From the human T2T-CHM13v2.0 reference genome, Homo sapiens: DNA of 64,000 bases. Every line of letters starts with the position of its first letter. Position 1 is the stretch's first letter. A model generated the notes under the pieces. That model saw only the letters and a program-made list of their open reading frames with translations, searched no databases and was not told the DNA's origin. Of this stretch, positions 48,507-63,443 are shown one piece after another. The translations under genes were made by a program, and so were the position numbers. Where the stretch lies: the NCBI RefSeq assembly GCF_009914755.1, contig NC_060925.1, one strand, 5' to 3'.

Positions 48507-49369
48507 GAGTATGCCACAAATAATGATCATATAGAATAAAGTTTATTTTTAACTTAAAAATTATGTCCCTGACAGCTATCTCTGGACTGCAGCAAAACTG
48601 GTCAGACTCTATTGCTATTGAGGCAAATTTTCAGGTTCAACCTCGGTGTCATCCAGTTAAATTTATAGAGGAAAAAAATCTGTTGTAAGGTCACAAACTG
48701 CGGTTAACTCTGATCAGATATGACATAAATCTTAGCTGGCCATCACAAGGGAAACTGGGTGGATCAATTCAAACTTACCAGTCCCATCAGAAAAGTAATT
48801 CTAAATGCACGTGAGGCTGAAAGAGCAAAAGCAACACCTCTGTATCTAAATCAGGACCCAGAATCTATAAAAATACTATATTGAAAATAAGAAGTGTATA
48901 TTATTTGGAAGGAGCCTATAAATTTGCAGACAAATTACTCTGACCTGTTCATTTTCTTTTAGGACCCAATAATTTCCCTTTGATACATGTTTATATGCCA
49001 TAACACTTAGAGACACTTAATGGGTTCACACTAATTATTGGATGAATTTATATGTTCTCTAATATCACTTGTGCACAAAACTCACTGAGCATGTGACTCG
49101 GTTGGTATAATATTAATTCCATTTTACCATCCAAAACTGGTTCCTCCTCCCAAGTCTCTTAGTTCTGTTAGCTCTACCATGATTGCTTCAATCACCTAGC
49201 CAAAATCCTGCCCTTGTCCAGAGGACACAACAATAAATAAAAGTTAGAGCTTATCTGGGACAGCCTTAATAATTCCCTCGTCTGGAGAACCCAAGATTAT
49301 TGGAGACATTTCATTCCATTGTTAGCTTTTAACCACTGTTTTAGGCCCGATGCCTATTTTCCTTCTTAT

Positions 49370-49550
49370 AATAAGCATTTATGATGTCCCAAGTACTATG
49401 ATAGTATATTTTATAAGATTTATCTCCTTTGATCCTTACAATATAAAATAGCTATTATTATTTCCATTTCAAATAAGGCAACCAAGGCTCAGAGAAGTTA
49501 AGCAAGTTGTCTAAGTCTACACAGGTGATTAGAGGCAAGGTTTTGATTCA
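49370..49550 (-). mobile_element. MIR
   Basis: tattattatttccatttcaaataaggcaaccaaggctcagagaagttaagcaagttgtctaag. Confidence 0.75.
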
Positions 49551-51501
49551 GTAAAATAGTCCTAAGACCTGAGGGACTTGCAGTCTAGTAGAAAAACAAA
49601 GGCACATGCAAAAACTAAACAATAAAGGAAAATATGTGCTATCAATGAGGTACCCACAGAGGACAGGCACAAAGGAGCAGTAGAGCCTGCAGAGCTAGAC
49701 TAAAGTTGTATTTATTTTTTCTTTAAATCAGCGTGACTTCCAGGGCAACATTCAGCTCAGCTTTTACCCTGACGTGTTATATATTGAGCAATCTGGTACT
49801 TGGAATGTGCATCAAGAAGAAAAGATTAAATGATAAATGAGGTGGAGGTCTAGAAGCAATACAAAAAGGAGATGGGCCAGTTGAGGTTGGCACAGGGAGG
49901 CAGGAGTAGAACAGGCCTTCCGTGGTCTTGAAATTGTGTCTCTGATGTTATAGTCCATGTTATTACTCTCTTCCAATGAGCTCATACAGTCGCCATTATA
50001 CAGAAAGAGTGAAAATCAAAATTATGTCATGGAAGGCCTACCTATCCAATGTGTCTTAGTTTTATGTTTCCACCAACATTGGTTAAAACTGGAGCATGCA
50101 AGTAAGATTGAACTATCAATAAGAAGGAGCACTGTGATTCTCAAAGACCAGGACCTAAGGTGGGAATTTTGTGCTGATGCTGTCAGTCTCATGTTAGCCT
50201 GTTCCCTCCAGATCCTCTGAGAATCTCCTCAAGAAGCCTCTTCAACCTGCAGTGGCACCTTCTGTCAAATACTTCACACGTTTGTCACCAAAATGTTTTG
50301 GCAGAAGCATCATCTTTAGATTTTGACATAATTCCGAAGAAAGACTTTTTCAATTATTACTAATGGAACATTATGCTCCTCTTTGAGAACCTCTGCATGA
50401 ATAAAAAGGGTCATTAATGACATCTACTTTCAGCCCGGAAATCATGAGTCAGTGCTCGGCGCAGGTTTTTTGGTTGTTTTTGTCTTCTTAAGCACCTGGT
50501 AATTTCTCACTCCCTTACCACCTCTCCAACTAAAAGAGCAAGTTATTGAGTTGAATATGATAAAGTCACTGATATCAATCCCCTGCAGGTAAATGCCATC
50601 TATACTCCATTGTTTTGTTTCTCATACTATATAATAATATCTCACGTTCTTATAGCTGTTTTCATTCTGAAGCACTTTACCAGTTCTGATACTTTCTGAC
50701 ACTCACTGGAAGGAACTGCTTTTGTAGTAGTTCCTGTGTTCCTTTTCATGTGTGAAATACTGACTCGGGCTATTAAAATGTATGCTCAGAGGGCCAACCT
50801 AGCCAATGTGTCTTGTAGGACAATTGTTAAATAATACTTATGCCTACCTTACCTAGTGACAAATTCAACATCCAAGCCCAGTCAAGTAAAAGGGCAATAA
50901 TTTTAAAGTGTGCCTAAATGTATACATACATTAAGCCAACACCAACTTAGCTCTAAAACTTCAGCTAACAATCTTGTAAGGTAGACAACAATGGTTGATT
51001 AGTTAGACCAATGACTCTTAACTCCTTTGTCCTAATATGTTCAAATATGCAAGACAGACGAAATAGAATATGGGTTAAATATTTTCCTGGCGATTGTAGA
51101 TGTACCCATTCCTCCCAAATTCATACATATATATAGGAATACAGATGATCAGAGTGATTATAATAGGATAACACTGGATCTACTCTAATTTATATTTTTA
51201 AAAAGTCAACAACAAACTTTGGCTCTTTATTAGTAGGAAAAGCTTTCATTTGATATATGTCACAATACCCCAATAACAAAACATATTGCCAAATAATTAT
51301 ATGAAAGATGATAGGCATGTTAATTCAGTGTCTATAAAATTCATTGATCCCTTCTTTCCCCACCGTCTCTAATAATATTTTCATATAGAAAAACAATAAA
51401 AGTTGGATTGTCTGTAAGTGTAACAATTTAGGCAAATGAAAGTTATTGTCATAACTTTAAATTGCATTTTAAACAAAAAACTTATAAAGAAAAGAGGTTT
51501 A

Positions 51502-51884
<383 letters not shown>

Positions 51885-54029
51885 TCAGGAAGTTTCCAAT
51901 CATGGTGGAAGGTGAACGGGAGCAGTGTGTCACATGACAAAAGAGAAGCAAGAGAGAGAGGAGGAGGTGCCAGGCTCCTTTAAACAACCAGCTCTCACAT
52001 GAACTAATAGAGTGAGAACTCACTCATTACCATGAGGATAGCACCAAGTCATTTATGAGGGATCTGCCCCCAGGACCCAAACAGCTCCCATTAGGCCCCA
52101 GCTCCAACATTGGAGGTCACATTATAACATAAGATTTGGAAGGGATAAATATTCAAACCACATTATTCTTTCCCTGGACCGCCAAATCTCAAGTACTTCT
52201 CACACTGAAAAAAAAAAAAAAAAATTATGCCTTCCCAATAATCCCCAAAAGTCTTAACTCATTCCAGCATCAACTCAATCAAAAGTCCAAAGTCTAAAGT
52301 CTCATCTGAGACTCAAGGCAAGTTCCCCTATATGGTTGCAAGATCAAAAACAAGTTATTTAATTTCAAAATACAATGGCAGTATAAGCATTGGGTAAATT
52401 TTTCCATTTCAAAAGGAAGAAATCAACCAAAAGAAAATAGTGACAGGCCTCACAGAAGTCTGAAACCCAGCAGGGCAGACATTAAACCTTAAAGCTCCAA
52501 AATAATCTTCTTTGACTTCATGTCCTGCATCCTGGGAACACTGGTACAAGGGGTGGACACCTAAGGCCTTGGGCAACTCCATCTCTGTGGCTTTGCAGGG
52601 TGCAGCCCCTGTGGCTGCTTTCACGGATTGGAGTTGAGTGTCTGCAGTTTTTCTAGGCTCAGGGTGCAAGCTGCCAATGGCTCTACCATTCTCAGGTCTG
52701 AAGAGTGCTGGCCCCCTTCCCATAGCTCCACTAGGCAGTGCCCCAGTGGGGAGTCTGTGTAAGGGCTACAACCCCACATTTCCCTTTGGCACTCACCTAG
52801 TAGTCTCTGTTTATCTCTGCTCAGGGGCTCTGCTCCCACAGCAGTCTTCTGACTAGATACCCAGGCTTTCCCATACATCCTCTGAAATTTAGATGGAAGC
52901 TGCCAACCCTCCCTCACGCTTGTGTTCTGTGAGCCTACAGACTTAACCCCATATGGAGGATGCCAAAACTTATGGCTTACACCCTCTGGAGAGGTAGTCT
53001 GAGCTGTATCTAGGGCCCTTTGAGCCACAGCTGGAGCTGGAGCATGCAGCATGTGAGGAGCAGTATCTCCAGACTGAGCAGGGCAGTAGGGCCCCAGGCT
53101 TGGCCCCTGGAATCATTCTTTCCTTCTAGGCCTCTTGGCCTATAATGGGAGGTGCTGTCTAGAAGATCTCTGAAATGCCTTCAAGACCTTTATCCGTTAT
53201 CCCATTGTCTTGAATATCAGCACTTCCATTTTAGTCATGCTAATCTCTTTGGCAAGGGGTTGCTCTGCAGCTTTCTTGAAAATATTCTCCTGAAAATACC
53301 CTTTCCTTCTTTATCACATGGCTAGGCTGCAAATTTTCCAAATTGTTAGGCTCTGCTTCCCTTTTAATTGTGAGTTCCAGCTTTAAGTCATTCTGTTGCT
53401 CCCATACTTGATTGTAGCCTGAATGATTTGCTGCTTAAAAATTTCTTCTACCCGATACTATAGGCCATCAATCTTAAGTTCAACATTCCACAAATATTTA
53501 GCACATGGACACAATGCAGCAAAGTTTTATGCTAGAGTATAACACATATGACCTTTACTCCAGTTCCCAATAACTTTCTCATTGCCATCTGAGATCTTGT
53601 CAGCCTGGCCTTCACTGTCCATATTTCTATCAGCATATTTATATCAGCATTTTGGTCACAACCACTTAACAAGTGTCTAAGAAGTTCCAAAATTTCCCTA
53701 ATCTTCCTGTCTTCTGAGCTCTCCAAACTCTTCCAACTGCTGCCCATTACTCAGTTCCAAAGCTACTTCCACATCTTCAGGTATTTTTATAGCAACACCC
53801 CACTCCTCAGTACCAATTTTTTGTTAGTCTGTTTTTGCATTGCTCTAAAGAGATATCTGCAACTGGGTAATTTATAAAGAAAAGAGGTTTATTTGACTCA
53901 CAGTTCTGCGGCAGGCTGTACATGAAGCATGGTGCCAGCATCTGCTTCAGATGAGGGCCTCAGGAAGTTTACACTCATGCTGGAAGATGAAGAGGAATGA
54001 GCATGTCACATAGCAAGAGAGGGAACAAT

Positions 54030-54178
54030 GGCCAGGCGCAGCAGCTCACACCTGTAATCCCAACACTTTGGGATGCCGAGGCAAGTGGATCACTTGAGGT
54101 CAGGAGTTTATGACCAGCCTGGCCAACATGGTGAAACCCCCATCTCTACTAAAAATACAAAAAAAAAAAAAAAAAAAA
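54030..54178 (+). mobile_element. Alu left monomer only, ending in a long A run
   Basis: Left arm to ctactaaaaatac plus A run; flanked by aggga(a/g)caa. Confidence 0.92.
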
Positions 54179-54289
54179 GGGAGCAAGAACTAAATTGCTT
54201 TCTTAAATAAATATTCACATAAAATAAGGAATGTATTTTCAGCAATAAGAGCTCCAAGGCTAAAAGAAGACTCACATTTAGAAGACATG

Positions 54290-54750
54290 TTATGGTATAT
54301 CTAGTTGATAAGAACACAAACTCTGAGGCACATTGCCAAGGTTTGAAAACTCATTCCACCAATTATGAGCTGTGTGATCTTGGACAATATATTTAATCTT
54401 CTCTGCCCCCCTGTCCTTATCTGTAACATGAGGAGTATAATAGCACACATCTTACAAAGTTGTTGTACGGATTCCATGTAAAGCTCCTGACAGCCTAGGT
54501 AACCAGAAAGACCCCTCCTCTACAAAAATAAAAATAAAAACTAGCCAGGTATAATGACACGCACTTGTAGTCCTTGCTACTCAGGAAGCTGAAGCAGGAG
54601 GATTGCTTGAGCCCAGGAGGTCAAGGCTGCAGTGAGCTATGATCACACCACTATACCCCAGCCTGGGTGAGACAGCAAGACCCTATCAAAAAAAAAAAGG
54701 CTCTTGGAACACTGCTTCATGCATAATAAGCACTCAATAAACGTGGACTA
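54290..54750 (+). mobile_element. MIR interrupted by an AluJ
   Basis: ggtttgaaaactcattccaccaattatgagctgtgtgatcttggacaa...atctgtaacatgagg; resumes cataataagcactcaataaacg. Confidence 0.78.
54491..54698 (+). mobile_element. 5'-truncated AluJ
   Basis: ggaggattgcttgagcccaggaggtcaaggctgcagtgagctatgatc. Confidence 0.9.
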
Positions 54751-55204
54751 CTTTTACTACATACCATGATTGAAGTCAACTTTGAAAGAATAGGTGATGT
54801 TGATGGGATTTCATATAAAATGAAGTTTCACATGAAGATCTCAAGCACCTGTAAATGTTGACTTCAACAAAATGGAACCATGAAAAAATGAAGGCTGGAG
54901 ATCACATTTTTCTTTCTTGAATATATTCTCCATTTAATTATCAAAAACAACTCAATGATTAAATACAAATTATGTAAGTGTGTTGAAGAGACAGGTTGAA
55001 ACAAGGTGGTTAAATATATATATAGTTCATTTACTAATTTTCCACCATTTCTAGATGCACTTTTATGCACTATGAGAAAAATAGTGTCCTGAAAGTTGCA
55101 ATTTCCATGCCAAATAAGTGGAATGTGACAGTCACAACATATGTACATTATGTACATGTAGCACATAAGTAGAACTTAATACTTCAAAATGTAAAATAGA
55201 TGAC

Positions 55205-55710
55205 ATATCAGTTAGGAAAGACTTTAAACCTACTACGGGCAGAGACTAGAAATAAGTGTGGTTTAAACAAGATAAAAGTGTATTCCCTATCTATCTATCT
55301 GTCCATCTAATCCAATATATAGGTGTTAAGCTCTGGAGTCATCATCATAAGAAACCAAGGTTTCTTCTACCTTTCTGCTGCCTCGTCTTTACTATGTAAT
55401 ATGTAGCTTTCATTGTCAAGTACACCTCCTAGACAAAAGTTTCTTCTAGAGCTACAACCATTATTCCAACATTCAAAGCAAGAAACACAGAAAAGACAGA
55501 AAAAGCAAAAAAAAAAATTAATACAATTGTTTATTCCCCATTTAAGGAGATATCTGAAAAGACCAACTCAATATCATTCACTTATACCTCATCGGTCAGA
55601 ACTTCATTATGTGATCGGGCCACAACTGACTGAAAGAGAAGCTGGGAAATGTGATCTCTTTTTAATTGAGCACAATATAATCCTAAGTAAATTTGAATTC
55701 TGTTACTAAA
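55205..55710 (-). mobile_element. Old MLT1 (K/L-like) LTR
   Basis: gtggtttaaacaagataaaag...ttctacctttctgct...ctcatcggtcagaact...gaagctgggaaatgtg. Confidence 0.6.
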
Positions 55711-56054
55711 AAAAGAAGAACACACGGTATTGAATATACAATTTACAACCTCTGTCATAGGTTGCTAAGAAGTTGTTTAGAATATGAATTTTTGTTAATC
55801 AAATTTTGTGTTTAAAATTTCTGGGTTATGATTTTATATATTCCAACTATATCAATAGGTAGGTGATAGTTTCTGGCAAAATACATTTAATAAATATTAA
55901 TTAAGCACCCAATATACGTACTACATTATGGTAAACACTGGAAATAGAAAGGTAAATAAAATAGTAGGCTCCCTCAATTTTCTTAAAATGTAGAGAGGTA
56001 TGTGGATAAATCAACTGCCAATTATAATAAAAATTATTAAGAAAAACTTGAGAC

Positions 56055-56381
<327 letters not shown>

Positions 56382-57835
56382 TTATGAGCTTCATGGGTAT
56401 AAAACTGGGGGAAATTATTTTTTAATACATTTTAACTATCTGAAAATGGTCCTGAGATCATACAGCAAATAACAATATTTATTCAAGAAAATAGACTAAA
56501 ATTTGGTAAGAACAGAGTCTGTGATATGTGAACAAAGGCCTGCTTTCTCCATTTCCCCTCCCAACTTATTGAGATGTAAACTCTGACACAGATTGATACA
56601 GCCAAGAAGATAGGGTTTCCTCTCCACCCAGCCCACAGTTGGAGGGCTATCTTCTCAGGAAGGGTAGGACATCAGCATTTGTCATCCTGTCTTCGGCTAT
56701 CTGTTACTGAGGCTAAGTTCCAGGTGATTTCAGTCAAAAGGTGAAGAACACTTCTCCTACTAACCCTCACTCATTGCATGGAGGCTCTATCTTGGGGTGG
56801 TCTGCTGAGAACACTGGGGCCCCAATTATCCTTGCTTGTGTGGAGAGGATTTCATGCAGGGAGAGGCAAGCTGAGGCTACTGCTCCTACCATGACTACCA
56901 AGTGCTTAGCTCCAAAAGCATGAGAGTCACTCAGAGAGATGTACGTAATCATCCTCACTCCCAGCTCTAGAGCCATAGCTCAGAAAATTTGCCTGAGGGA
57001 AAAAGCTATATGGCCATAAAACAGCTCTTAATATCTTCTCAGAGGAGCAGACTTTATTTCCAGCAGAGTTTGGAGAAGTTCCAAGCCCAAAGACACTCTC
57101 AAAAACAATAGAGGTTGTGGGAAAAAGCAACTAGGAGAATATTGGTAGATCCATTTGAACTATAGGCTAAACTGTAAGCCAGCTGAGTTACTGGACAGAA
57201 CTAGGAAAAGAGAGAGCTGGAAGGAGCCTTCCTGGAGTCAGAACAAATTTCAAACACTAACCTCAGGAACTATCTGTTCAAAGGAGCCCAAATTTGGTGA
57301 TCTTGGGTATTGCTGAAAACAATAGAGCAATCAGCTAGCAATTATTGGGGCTTAACAGCTAGTATAGTCAGAGACAGAGATAGCCAAAGAGAGCCCAGCA
57401 AAAACTACTGTCATACCAGAGTGACTATGAAAACACCCAAGGATATAACCCCCAAAAAGGAGTAACAGAGGCTTCACCCTGTGGAGGGAAAATAGACTTC
57501 AGTTAGTCACTAAACAAATAAAAAGACAATGAAAATAACAAGCTCCAGAGAGACAGAGACAATCAGAGTTGTTCATATATTATCTGAAATATCCAGTTTC
57601 CACAAAAATAAATGAGACATGTAAAGAAACAAAAAAACATGACCTGTCAACCGAAAATAAAGCAGACAATCAAAACTGTCTATGAGAGCAACCAAATATT
57701 GGATTTAACATACAAAGACCTCAAAGTAGCCATGATAAATATGTTCAAAGAACTAAAGAAAACCATAAAGAAGAAGGAAAGTTTGATGACAATGTCACAG
57801 CAATAGATAGTATTAATAAAGAGATAGAAATTATA

Positions 57836-57925
57836 GGCCAGGCCCAGTGGTTTTGAGAGGCCAAGACAGGAGGACTGCCTGAGCCCAGTGGTTCAAGACC
57901 AGCCTGGTCAACACAGCAAGAGAAA
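57836..57925 (+). mobile_element. FLAM/AluJ left monomer with internal deletion
   Basis: ggccaggcccagtgg...gaggccaagacaggaggactgcctgagcccag...accagcctggtcaacacagcaaga. Confidence 0.8.
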
Positions 57926-58248
57926 GAAGAAAAGAAAAGAAGAGAAGAGAAAAGAGGAGAGGAGAGGAGAAGAGAAGAGAAAAGAGGAGAGGAGAGGAGA
58001 AGAGAAGAGAAAAGAAGAGAGAGAGAGAGGGAGGGAGAGAGGGAGGGAGGGAGAGAGAGAGGGAGGACAGGAAGGAAGGAAGGGAAGGGAAGGGCAGGGA
58101 AGGGAAGGGAAGGGAAGGGAAGGGAAGGGAGAAAAGAGGAAAGGAAGGGAGAGGAAAGGAAAGGAAGAAAGAGAGAGAAAGAAAAAGAAAAGAAAGAGGG
58201 GGAAGGGAAGGGAAGAAGGGAAGGGAAGAGAAAAAAGAGAGAGAGAAG
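57920..58248 (+). repeat. Alu-tail-derived compound purine repeat (AAGAG, GGAGA, GGGA, AAGGG)
   Basis: Read directly; about 10 AAGGG units at 58080-58129. Confidence 0.95.
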
Positions 58249-58878
58249 ATTTTTTTTACATATAAAGGGATCCAAAGGAAATTCTGGAGTTGAAAAGTGC
58301 AATAACTTAAAGCTAAAATCCACCAAAGGTGCTCAATAGTAGATTTAAACTGCCAAAAGAAAGAGTTAGTGAACTGGAAGATAGATTGATAGAATTTATA
58401 TAATCTGGAAAATGAAAAAAATAAGAAGAAAAATGAACAGAAACTCAGAGAAAAGTAGGACACTATTAAATACATCAATATATGCATAATAGGATTACCA
58501 GAATGAGAGGAAAGAGAGAAAAGAGCTAGAAAAAAATGTTCAAAGAAATAATGACAAATCTTCTCAAATGTACTGAAAAACATTAATCTGCACATCTGGA
58601 AAGCTCAAGGACTCCAAGTAGGATAAACAGAGAGATTTACAAATATAGACATCATAGTAAAAATGCTAAATTGCAAAGGAGAAATTCACAAAAGCAGGAA
58701 GAGAAAAATGACTCATCAATTACATGGAAACCCAAATAAGATTAGGATAAATTCCAATCAGAAACAATGGAGAGCAGAAGCAGTAGGATAACATATTCAA
58801 AGTACTCGAAGAAATGAACCAAGAATCCTATACCCAGCAAGGCTATCTTTCCTAATTAAAGGTGAAATAAAGACATTT

Positions 58879-59258
<380 letters not shown>

Positions 59259-60599
59259 TTATTCAGGCTGAAAGCAAGTAACTCCAGAGAGGAATTCAAA
59301 GCTACATGATAAAACAAAGAGTATCAGTAAAGGTCATTGTTGTTATCAAAGATAGTGCAAATACAGATTTCTTTACCTCTATTCTCTTAACTGATTTCAA
59401 AAGCAATTGGAAACAACAGTACATATAAAATATTTTGTTGGGTCTACAACATACAAAAATGTAATATATATGCCAATAACAATACAAAGAACGTGGGTGG
59501 GAGCTAAGTCATATTGTTAAGTTACCATAGATAACTTCATCCATAGGAACAAATGCAAAGAATCAGAAAATAACTAAGGACAATATTTTTAAAAGCATAA
59601 ATGTATACTTGCTTTCCTTTCTTCTCTCATTTTATCTAAAAGTCATAAAATTATATAAAGTAATAATTATAGCAATGTCTTATTGAGTTTATAACACTTT
59701 TTTAAATTACAGATATAAATCCAGTTATATGAAAAATAACATTAAATGTGAGTGGATTAAAAAACCTAATGAAAAGACAGGTTGTCAAACTGAAAAATAA
59801 AAAAAAACTCAGCTACATGCTATCTCTAGGAGATACACTTTAGAATCAAAGATGCCATAGATTGGAAAGAAAACCATGGAAAAGACATATTATGCAAATG
59901 GCAACCACAAGAAAGCTGGAGTGCTCATAATAAAATCAGACAAAATATACTTTAAAATAAAAAAAGCTACTAGAGACTAAAAAGGACATTTTAAAAATCG
60001 TAAAATAATCAATTGATCATTATCCCACTATTATTACATGCATATATATTTTTAATATAAAAACTGTAAGCATATGTTCACATAAGAGAGTACCAAAATA
60101 CAGAAGAGAAAAACAGACAGGAAACAGGAAGAAATAACAAATCAACAATAATAATGGAGACTTCCATACTCCCCTTTCAATAATGTATATAACTACAGAA
60201 AAGATCAACAAAGAGACCTAACAGAGATCTATAGAACACTACACCCCAAATAGGAGAATAGATATTGTTCTCAAATGCATGTGAAACATTCTCCAGAACA
60301 CAAGACATGCTGGGCCAAAAAAAACAATAAGTTTACATGGATAGAAATATTACAAATTATGTTCTCCAACCACAGAATTTAGGGGTTAATAAGAGAAAGA
60401 AATGTGAGAAACTCAGCTATGTGGAAAGTAAACAGTATACACCTAAGTAACCAATGAATCAAAGAAGAAATAAAAATGGAAATTAGAAAATACTTTATGT
60501 AACATGAAAATGAAGACTCAATATACCAAAATATGGGATATACCTAACAAATATCTTAAAACAAAATTTGTAGACATAAATGCCTACATTTAAAAAGAG

Positions 60600-60753
60600 T
60601 CTGGGTGTGGTGGCTCAAACCTCTAATCCCAGCACTTTGGGAGAAGCCAAGGTGGGAGGATTGCATGAGGCCAGGAGTCTGAGGTTACACTGAGCTATGA
60701 TCTCATCACTGCACTCCAGCTTGAGCGACAGAGCAAGACCTTGTCTCTAAAAA
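60600..60753 (+). mobile_element. Alu monomer (FAM/FRAM-like, or arm-recombined AluJ)
   Basis: Left-arm-type start (gtggctca...cccagcactttggga) with right-arm-type end (gagctatgatc...cactgcactccagc). Confidence 0.8.
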
Positions 60754-61103
60754 TGATAATTTTAAGAGAAAAGAAATAACATCTAAAATCAATAAACTTT
60801 CACCTAAATACACAGGGGAAAAAAGCTAAACAAAACCTAAAGCAGAAGCAAACAGAAAAAAGAAAATAATGAATATTAGACCAGAAATCAAAGAAATATA
60901 GAAAAAACAATAGAGAAAAATCAATAAACAAAAGCTGATTCTCCGAAAAGATCAAAGAAATTGACAAACCTTTGGCTGAATTGACCAAGAAATAAAGACA
61001 AAACTCAAATTATTAGAATCAGAAATGAAAAAAGAACACATTATTATCAACCTTTCAGAAACAAAAAATACAAAAGAATAAGATGGAATTGTACACCGAC
61101 AGA

Positions 61104-61702
61104 CTTCAGTAAAGTTTCAGGATACAAAACCAATGTACAAAAATCAGTAGCATTTCTATACACCAGAAATGTTCAATCTGGGAGCCAAGTCAAGACAGCC
61201 ATAAAAATAAATGAGATCCTGTCATTGGCAACAACATGGATAGAACCGGAGGTCATTATGCTAAGTGAAATAAGCCAGGCACAGAAAGACAAACTTCACA
61301 TGCTCTCACTTATTTGTGAGATCTAAAAATCAAAACAATTGAACTTATGGAGATAGAGAGTAGAAGGATGGTTACCAGACCTGAGAAGGGTAGTAGGAGG
61401 ATGGGAGGAAGGAGGGGATGGTTAATGGGTACCAAAAAAAAACCAGAAAGAATAAATAAGACCTTGTATTTGATAGCACAACTGGGTAACTGCAGTCAAT
61501 AATAATTTAATTGTACATTTTAAACAACTAAAAGAGCATAACTGGCTTGTTTGTAACGAAAAGGATAAATGCTTGAGGGGATGAATGCCCCATTTTACAT
61601 GATGTAATTTTTACACATTGCATGCTTGTATCAAAACATCTCATGTACCCCATAAATATATACACCTACTATCTACCCACAAAAATTAAAAATTTTAAAA
61701 AG
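61104..61702 (+). mobile_element. Nested L1MA1-3-like 3' end with a short upstream ORF2 piece
   Basis: ggagatagagagtagaaggatggttaccag...aaggataaatgcttgaggggatg...cacctactatctacccacaaaaattaaaaa. Confidence 0.85.
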
Positions 61703-62203
61703 AGTCAACCTAAATAAATCTATGACAAATAAAGGCATTGAATTAGTAACCAAAAAACTATTCACAAAAGCCTAGATTCAGAAGATTTCATAGGTGATTT
61801 ATACCAAATATTTTTAAAAGAATTCATATCAATTCTTTCAAAAAATAAGAGAGGGAATACTAACCAACTCATTATGTGAGACCAACACTGGCTGATACTA
61901 AAGCCAGACAAAGTATCACAGGAAGAGAAAACTACAGACCAATATCTCATGAAAATAGATGCAAAAATTCTCAATGAAGTACAAGCACGACCAAATTCTG
62001 CAATAAATAAAAAGCATTATATACCATAACCAAGTGGGATTTATCCTAGGAATGTAAGTTTGTTTTAACATCTGAAAATCTATTCATGTAATACACCACA
62101 TCAATAGAATTTTTTTAAACCCACATGATCATCTCAATAGACATGAAAAAAAGCTATTTCCCAAATCCAGTATCCTTTCATGATAAAAACACTCAACAAA
62201 CTA

Positions 62204-62554
<351 letters not shown>

Positions 62555-62559
62555 CTATA

Positions 62560-63285
<726 letters not shown>

Positions 63286-63443
63286 TCAATAATAAAAAGA
63301 TAAATAACCCAATTGTAAAATGGACACAGGATCTGAAGAGATAGTTCTCTAAAGAAGACACACGAATGTCCAATAACCACATTGAAATATGGTCAGCATC
63401 ATTAGAAAAATGCAAATCAGAATCACAAGTTACCACTTGGACA

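Noticed and set aside
52409-53052. ORFs of 104 and 143 aa on the minus strand
   Set aside because: Frameshifted remnants of the MST/THE1-type internal ORF.
57745-58595. Longest ORFs in the window (193 and 254 aa, F/L/S/P-rich)
   Set aside because: Antisense reading of the purine microsatellite plus decayed L1 ORF1.
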